A stretch of DNA of 20,000 nucleotides, taken from an uncultured virus (IMG/VR IMGVR_UViG_3300005663_000032). Taxonomy: Duplodnaviria > Heunggongvirae > Uroviricota > Caudoviricetes. How positions within the stretch are numbered: position 1 is the first letter of the stretch; each line of letters opens with the position of its first letter. Below are positions 16,266-20,000 of this stretch, piece by piece. The notes under the pieces were generated by a model. It searched no databases, was not told the origin of the DNA, and worked only from the letters and a program-made list of their open reading frames with translations. A program made the position numbers and the translations under genes. The stretch is from IMG/VR virus record IMGVR_UViG_3300005663_000032. One strand, given 5' to 3'.

Positions 16266-17282
16266 ATGATTACAAAAAATCAATCATTGTACTTTGTATG
16301 GGAATTGCACACACAAATAATTGATATTAAAAAAGGTACAGCAAGATTTGCTAATAAAAACCTTTTTTGGTATATTGGAAAAGAGGAGGATTTGAAAATA
16401 GAATTTCCGGATACGGAAGATACTACTTTTGGGTTCTGCAACCCTTCAATTCCAATTATTGTGATGAAATCTAGACAAACTGATTCCAACATTCTTCAGA
16501 ATAAGGCATTTATTGGAAATGCATTTGCAGAAGCAAAAAGACTTAACGCAGACATATCTGATTATGAAGAATGGCTAATTTATGAGAAAAACATGCAAAC
16601 TCCAAGGATTCAATGCGAGACTTGTAAGAAAATTAATGAATGCAATGTAGCGATGGACTTTCCTTTTTATTGTGATGGTACAATGAAGTGGAAAAACAAT
16701 GAACTCTCCTGTTTGGCTACGTTTGATTTTAAATCACATTCGTACAAACTCAGAGAAACAGATATCGAGACATTGAAAGCACAATGTTTTGAAGAAGATG
16801 GATCTCAATGCTGGATTAATGCCTGCTGTAAACTGAGCCACAAAGACCATGCTTTTATTAATGTAGAAGATGACGGACGGCGAAAGCTTAGTTGGTTCAA
16901 AACAGAACAACAATGTACCAATTGTGGCACTAGAAAAGTTGGCTTGAAAGACAAATATTCTTTAGAAAAACTAAAAGACAAATTGTTTGAATTATTTGTG
17001 GATCAATATATGACATATTGGCGACAACGTAATAGAAGTTCTGAGATGATGGCCAAAGGTTACACCGAAAGACAAAGAGATATCCACACAGAGATTAAAG
17101 TAATTATAGAGGGTGATATGATGGTTGTTCAGAAGGCGGTAACAAAAGCTGAAGAAAAATATGGTGATTTTTCTTCTATTGTTATGGATCTTAACAATGA
17201 ATCAGAAGCTCTGGCAAAAGCTTATGATTATGCAGATGTATCCACAAATTACATCATGCAGTATGAATTGGGGTTAGAGTAA
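16266..17282 (+). CDS. Hypothetical multi-Cys protein, 338 aa
   Basis: Bounded by motifs; CETC, CC..H, CTNC. Confidence 0.85.
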   Translation: MITKNQSLYFVWELHTQIIDIKKGTARFANKNLFWYIGKEEDLKIEFPDTEDTTFGFCNPSIPIIVMKSRQTDSNILQNKAFIGNAFAEAKRLNADISDYEEWLIYEKNMQTPRIQCETCKKINECNVAMDFPFYCDGTMKWKNNELSCLATFDFKSHSYKLRETDIETLKAQCFEEDGSQCWINACCKLSHKDHAFINVEDDGRRKLSWFKTEQQCTNCGTRKVGLKDKYSLEKLKDKLFELFVDQYMTYWRQRNRSSEMMAKGYTERQRDIHTEIKVIIEGDMMVVQKAVTKAEEKYGDFSSIVMDLNNESEALAKAYDYADVSTNYIMQYELGLE

Positions 17283-17327
17283 ATATTTCATGTGTAACCA
17301 ACACGAATATCTCGGGGCTGATTTTTA

Positions 17328-17693
17328 ATGTTTGAATGGTTGAAAAGCATTTTCAAAAAGAAAAAGTCATGGGAAGATATGGCTTGGTCTGGATATGAAT
17401 ATAAGACTGAATTGATTGAAATGCCAAGAATTGATTATGGTTTTCAAGAAAATTATGAGATATTTAATACTGCAAAAACACTTTATGATCTTGCAATTAA
17501 TAATAATTTTGATCTTGAAGATTGGGTTCAAACAGATTCAGAAATATTTGGACAAGTTGATTTTGAAGAGGATACGTCTGATATGATGCTAGAAATAATA
17601 GATTCACTCTCTTTGTATGATCTTCTAAATTATCTTGCAATGACTTTTGGATTTGAAATTCAAAGCACGCATGAGCTATTTTCAAGCCCTTAA
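17328..17693 (+). CDS. Hypothetical acidic protein
   Basis: TAATG overlap with a 12-codon ORF (17290..17328); GGGGCTGA upstream. Confidence 0.75.
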   Translation: MFEWLKSIFKKKKSWEDMAWSGYEYKTELIEMPRIDYGFQENYEIFNTAKTLYDLAINNNFDLEDWVQTDSEIFGQVDFEEDTSDMMLEIIDSLSLYDLLNYLAMTFGFEIQSTHELFSSP

Positions 17694-17730
17694 CTGCGAA
17701 TTAGAAGTTTATGATTATGGGTAATATTTC

Positions 17731-17904
17731 ATGGATCACATTGATTGGGATCAATATGGGTGGATGTCTCAGGGTACAGGCGGAGATGGAAGTGGTAACA
17801 AAATCATCATTAAAATACTGTAAGCTTTTTGCGACAAACCAATGCATAATAAATGCATAATCGCACACCTAACTACGGATCACAAAGATGACCTCGAAGA
17901 ATAA
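17731..17904 (+). pseudogene. Motif-to-motif 57-codon unit with internal TAA; degenerate C2H2-like finger
   Basis: ATG 17731 and TAA 17902 are in frame; internal TAA at 17821; downstream FCDKPMHNKCIIAHLTTDH. Confidence 0.55.
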
Positions 17905-17911
17905 TATTTCT

Positions 17912-18910
17912 ATGGATACCGAAAAATTGGAAGCCATACAGGAACTGCCCGATTCTCACAAAATTATATTTTTAGAAGGGGTAGACCCATCAAAACTGAC
18001 AACTACTTTTAATTGTCAAGGGTGTGGCACTAGATGTTGTACTGGGCCAACTATTGGCCCAAACGTATTATATGCACCAATAACATTTGCATATTATCGT
18101 AAGAAGCACGGAAGGGAAAAGTTTGAAGAAATATACAGAAAATTCAGCCACCACATTGGTCAATACTCTTTATTGCCATTAATTACAACCGAAGAACCTT
18201 TCTGCCCATTTCTTTATTTAGAATGGACTGGAGCAAACAAAAAGGTCATAATGGGTAATCTGAAAACATTAGATCTTCAGCTGAAGAAACTAATGCGAAC
18301 TACTATCAAGAAATTGGACGATGCGGAACAGAAAGAATTCACATTTCGTGAACTCTGGGATCTTTTATCGGCCGAAGATGAAGGCGAAACTCTTCTCATA
18401 TTCAACCTGTTTGTGGGGCCATTGATCGATAATCAGGTAACGAAAAAACACATAAAAACTATGTGTGGTGTATATGAGGCACAACCTGCTCAATGCCGAC
18501 CATTTCCATTTGGGCGTGCTTGGTCTGTTAACATGGAAACAAATGAGCGAGAAGAATTTGTCAAACTGGTTGACGATTTACAATGCCCACCAACGGCATT
18601 TGAAGGAAAAGAAATCGGGGTTGATACATTCTTTAAGCAACAAAATGTTGCAGATTATCCTGCTTGGACAGAGAAACTAACTCTTCTTCTGAATACAAAC
18701 AAGGAACTGATGGAATTTGCTGGAGAAAAATCGAAAGACATGATTTATTTTGCTATAGACCAAATACTGTATCACAGACCTGTTTACAACTCAGACGAAA
18801 GCGCCTTCAACGAAGCGTTAGAGAAAGAAATTGACATACTCGTTGGACTCTTTGAAGAACTGAAAGCAACAGTGGCTCTTACAAATGAGTTTCTGGCACA
18901 AAAGAAATAA
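17912..18910 (+). CDS. YkgJ-family (CxxCxxCC) Zn/Fe-S cluster protein
   Basis: FNCQGCGTRCC, FCPFL, CGVYEAQPAQCRPFPF, CP; start moved to the motif ATG. Confidence 0.8.
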   Translation: MDTEKLEAIQELPDSHKIIFLEGVDPSKLTTTFNCQGCGTRCCTGPTIGPNVLYAPITFAYYRKKHGREKFEEIYRKFSHHIGQYSLLPLITTEEPFCPFLYLEWTGANKKVIMGNLKTLDLQLKKLMRTTIKKLDDAEQKEFTFRELWDLLSAEDEGETLLIFNLFVGPLIDNQVTKKHIKTMCGVYEAQPAQCRPFPFGRAWSVNMETNEREEFVKLVDDLQCPPTAFEGKEIGVDTFFKQQNVADYPAWTEKLTLLLNTNKELMEFAGEKSKDMIYFAIDQILYHRPVYNSDESAFNEALEKEIDILVGLFEELKATVALTNEFLAQKK

Positions 18911-18918
18911 TATTTCTC

Positions 18919-19143
18919 ATGGAAAGAAAAGACTATGGACATTATTATTTTGCCATTATTATGGTAATCGCCGCTGTGGTGTTATATGCGCAGGCAGACG
19001 ATCTATCCATCGATAGGGTATTGGCAGTAATACTTGTATTCGCGGCTTTTTTTTACCTTAAATACAGGGAGAGAAAAAGAAGAGAATATATTGCTGGTGA
19101 ATTGCAGACCAGAAATGGAATTGATGAATTAAATGCCGAATAA
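18919..19143 (+). CDS. Small 2-TM membrane protein
   Basis: Motif start; two hydrophobic helices. Confidence 0.8.
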   Translation: MERKDYGHYYFAIIMVIAAVVLYAQADDLSIDRVLAVILVFAAFFYLKYRERKRREYIAGELQTRNGIDELNAE

Positions 19144-19312
19144 AATAAATAACACGAACATTTACAATAATGCAAACTTACATTGGTTAAAGTATCAAGA
19201 TAAAGTAACTGATGCTCGATTAACTGATATTGAACAAATCACAGCATTAACTACTTATATCAAAGAATTAACTAATATTCTAGAGTTGAATGTAAAGAAA
19301 CTCTCGGAATAA
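19133..19312 (+). CDS. Small hypothetical protein, 59 aa (MPNKINNTNIY...)
   Basis: Overlaps the previous stop; ends on motif TAA. Confidence 0.7.
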   Translation: MPNKINNTNIYNNANLHWLKYQDKVTDARLTDIEQITALTTYIKELTNILELNVKKLSE

Positions 19313-19337
19313 TATTTCGAATGAATTGGTGTAAATA

Positions 19338-19475
19338 ATGATAAGAAGAATAATAGAAATAATAATAAACTGGTTTATAAAACCTATACCACATGCAGAT
19401 GTGATAGTTACAGGAATAAATTCAAAAGGAGAGCAGATTATAGATTTTGAAAGTCTGTTATATCCATCAAGATGA
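19338..19475 (+). CDS. Small hypothetical protein, 45 aa (MIRRIIEIIINWF...)
   Basis: TAATG overlap at the start, ATGA overlap at the end. Confidence 0.6.
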   Translation: MIRRIIEIIINWFIKPIPHADVIVTGINSKGEQIIDFESLLYPSR

Positions 19476-19768
19476 CTAAAAAAAGAAAGGGTGTTTGGTT
19501 TCCAGATGGGCCTCACCTATCTCAAGTTGACACACTATCTGGACTAACCGAAGCTCCTTCTGAGAAACCATATGATTATTATGAAGGAAACCCTATTAGT
19601 ATTGGCAAAACTATTAGTTGTGATTGTATTCAATTTGCATTACAAAGAAAAGTATCATATGGTTCGAGTCTATTAGATAAAGCAGACTATTGTGAATGTG
19701 AACATACCAAAAAATCCCACGAACACGGGAAAGGAAAATGTCTCAAACAATGGATCAAAAAAGAATAA
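19472..19768 (+). CDS. Hypothetical Cys/His protein
   Basis: CECEHTKKSH...C; ATGA overlap. Confidence 0.7.
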   Translation: MTKKRKGVWFPDGPHLSQVDTLSGLTEAPSEKPYDYYEGNPISIGKTISCDCIQFALQRKVSYGSSLLDKADYCECEHTKKSHEHGKGKCLKQWIKKE

Positions 19769-19841
19769 CTTTGCAATGGATAATATTTCTGAAAATCATG
19801 ATGAGAAACATGGTTTTTTTATGATAATGGTGAAAAAATAA

Positions 19842-19922
19842 ATGAATCTTAATTATCAAAAGTCATTTGGAATGCCTTCAAAAGAGGATATTGAAGCAAT
19901 TTTTAATAAAGGAGACAAATAA
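19842..19922 (+). CDS. 26-aa micro-ORF
   Basis: GGTGA at 19829-19833; its stop overlaps the next ATG. Confidence 0.4.
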   Translation: MNLNYQKSFGMPSKEDIEAIFNKGDK

Positions 19923-20000
19923 TGGGTACTCAAAGTCTTGCATCCACAATACTGCTCGGGCTGTTCGCTCTCATGTTAATACTCCGAGTCCCTATTACCT
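19922..20000 (+). CDS. 5' end of a hydrophobic protein (partial)
   Basis: SD GGAGA 19911-19915; open to the window edge. Confidence 0.55.
   Translation, partial: MGTQSLASTILLGLFALMLILRVPIT

Larger units (their letters stand above)
79..19789 (+). repeat. Dispersed gene-junction motif array, consensus (T/A)AATATTTC-N0-4-ATG, about 53 co-oriented copies
   Basis: Copies read directly at 79, 364, 799, 1293, 1620, 2078, 2678, 2924, 3208, 3619, 3850, 4342, 4690, 4945, 5341, 5928, 6172, 6295, 6661, 7161, 7692, 7885, 8113, 8379, 8416 (variant AGATATTTC), 8761, 9255, 9603, 10010, 10374, 10587, 11131, 11395, 11951, 12164, 12446, 13316, 13620, 13875, 14052, 14244, 14433, 14697, 15190, 15231 (variant TAATATTTT), 15776, 16257, 17280, 17722, 17902, 18908, 19310, 19781. 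Nearly all lie at ORF boundaries. Confidence 0.97.
1..20000 (+). mobile_element. Accessory region of a probable archaeal virus or extrachromosomal element
   Basis: Small, dense, single-strand ORFan genes and no housekeeping operon. TFB-like domain, archaeal-type TATA and SD sites, Zn-finger micro-proteins. No capsid, terminase large subunit or integrase seen, so the element type is inferred. Confidence 0.6.

Noticed and set aside
7672..17911. ORF-track starts at 7672, 8776, 10002, 10579, 14680 and 17888
   Set aside because: All but 8776 extend upstream through the junction motif (translated as NIS or KYF); for 8776 the GTG is part of the SD for ATG 8791. The motif- or SD-associated ATGs are better starts.
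480..19516. All minus-strand ORFs and nested alternative-frame plus-strand ORFs in the track (e.g. 480..872, 4086..4484, 11950..12258, 961..1188)
   Set aside because: They shadow motif-bounded plus-strand genes and have no recognisable domains or start signals.
79..19789. CRISPR array
   Set aside because: The repeat is only 9-12 bp, the intervening units are whole genes of very variable length, and no cas genes are present.
79..19789. Classical integron attC array
   Set aside because: Junctions are usually 6-10 bp, with no room for attC hairpins; no GTTRRRY/RYYYAAC pairs or intI seen.
79..19789. Stop-codon readthrough, polyprotein or reassigned TAA
   Set aside because: The common 6-nt spacer is in frame, but many junctions have 7, 8 or 10 nt spacers, and recognisable proteins (ligase, SLOG) end naturally at the TAA.
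79..19789. Eukaryotic giant-virus promoter (AAATATTT described in Marseilleviruses)
   Set aside because: The core is similar, but SD sites, TAATG/ATGA overlaps, near-zero intergenic space and prokaryotic-type cargo argue for a prokaryotic element. Not formally excluded without the rest of the genome.

Overview
This is an AT-rich window packed with about 60 mostly short genes, all on the + strand. It looks like an accessory region of an archaeal virus or other extrachromosomal element: it has a stand-alone TFB/TFIIB-like cyclin repeat, two TATA boxes at archaeal spacing, GGTGA/GGAG-type SD sites and many CxxC micro-proteins. Recognisable cargo includes an ATP-dependent DNA ligase, a WGR-domain protein, a SLOG/DUF2493-like protein, a DUF4241-like protein, a YkgJ-like Cys-cluster protein and a Cys-His-Asp enzyme. 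The dominant structure is non-coding. About 53 copies (manual count) of one short, co-oriented junction motif, (T/A)AATATTTC-N(0-4)-ATG, most often TAATATTTCATG, join consecutive genes. The motif usually supplies the upstream stop codon and places the next start codon with no SD. It divides the window into gene-sized units, including duplicated, empty, promoter-only and decayed ones. This suggests either an integron-like gene-cassette array with an ultra-short site, or a dedicated per-gene expression signal (re-initiation, RNA processing or initiator). No recombinase was recognised in the window.
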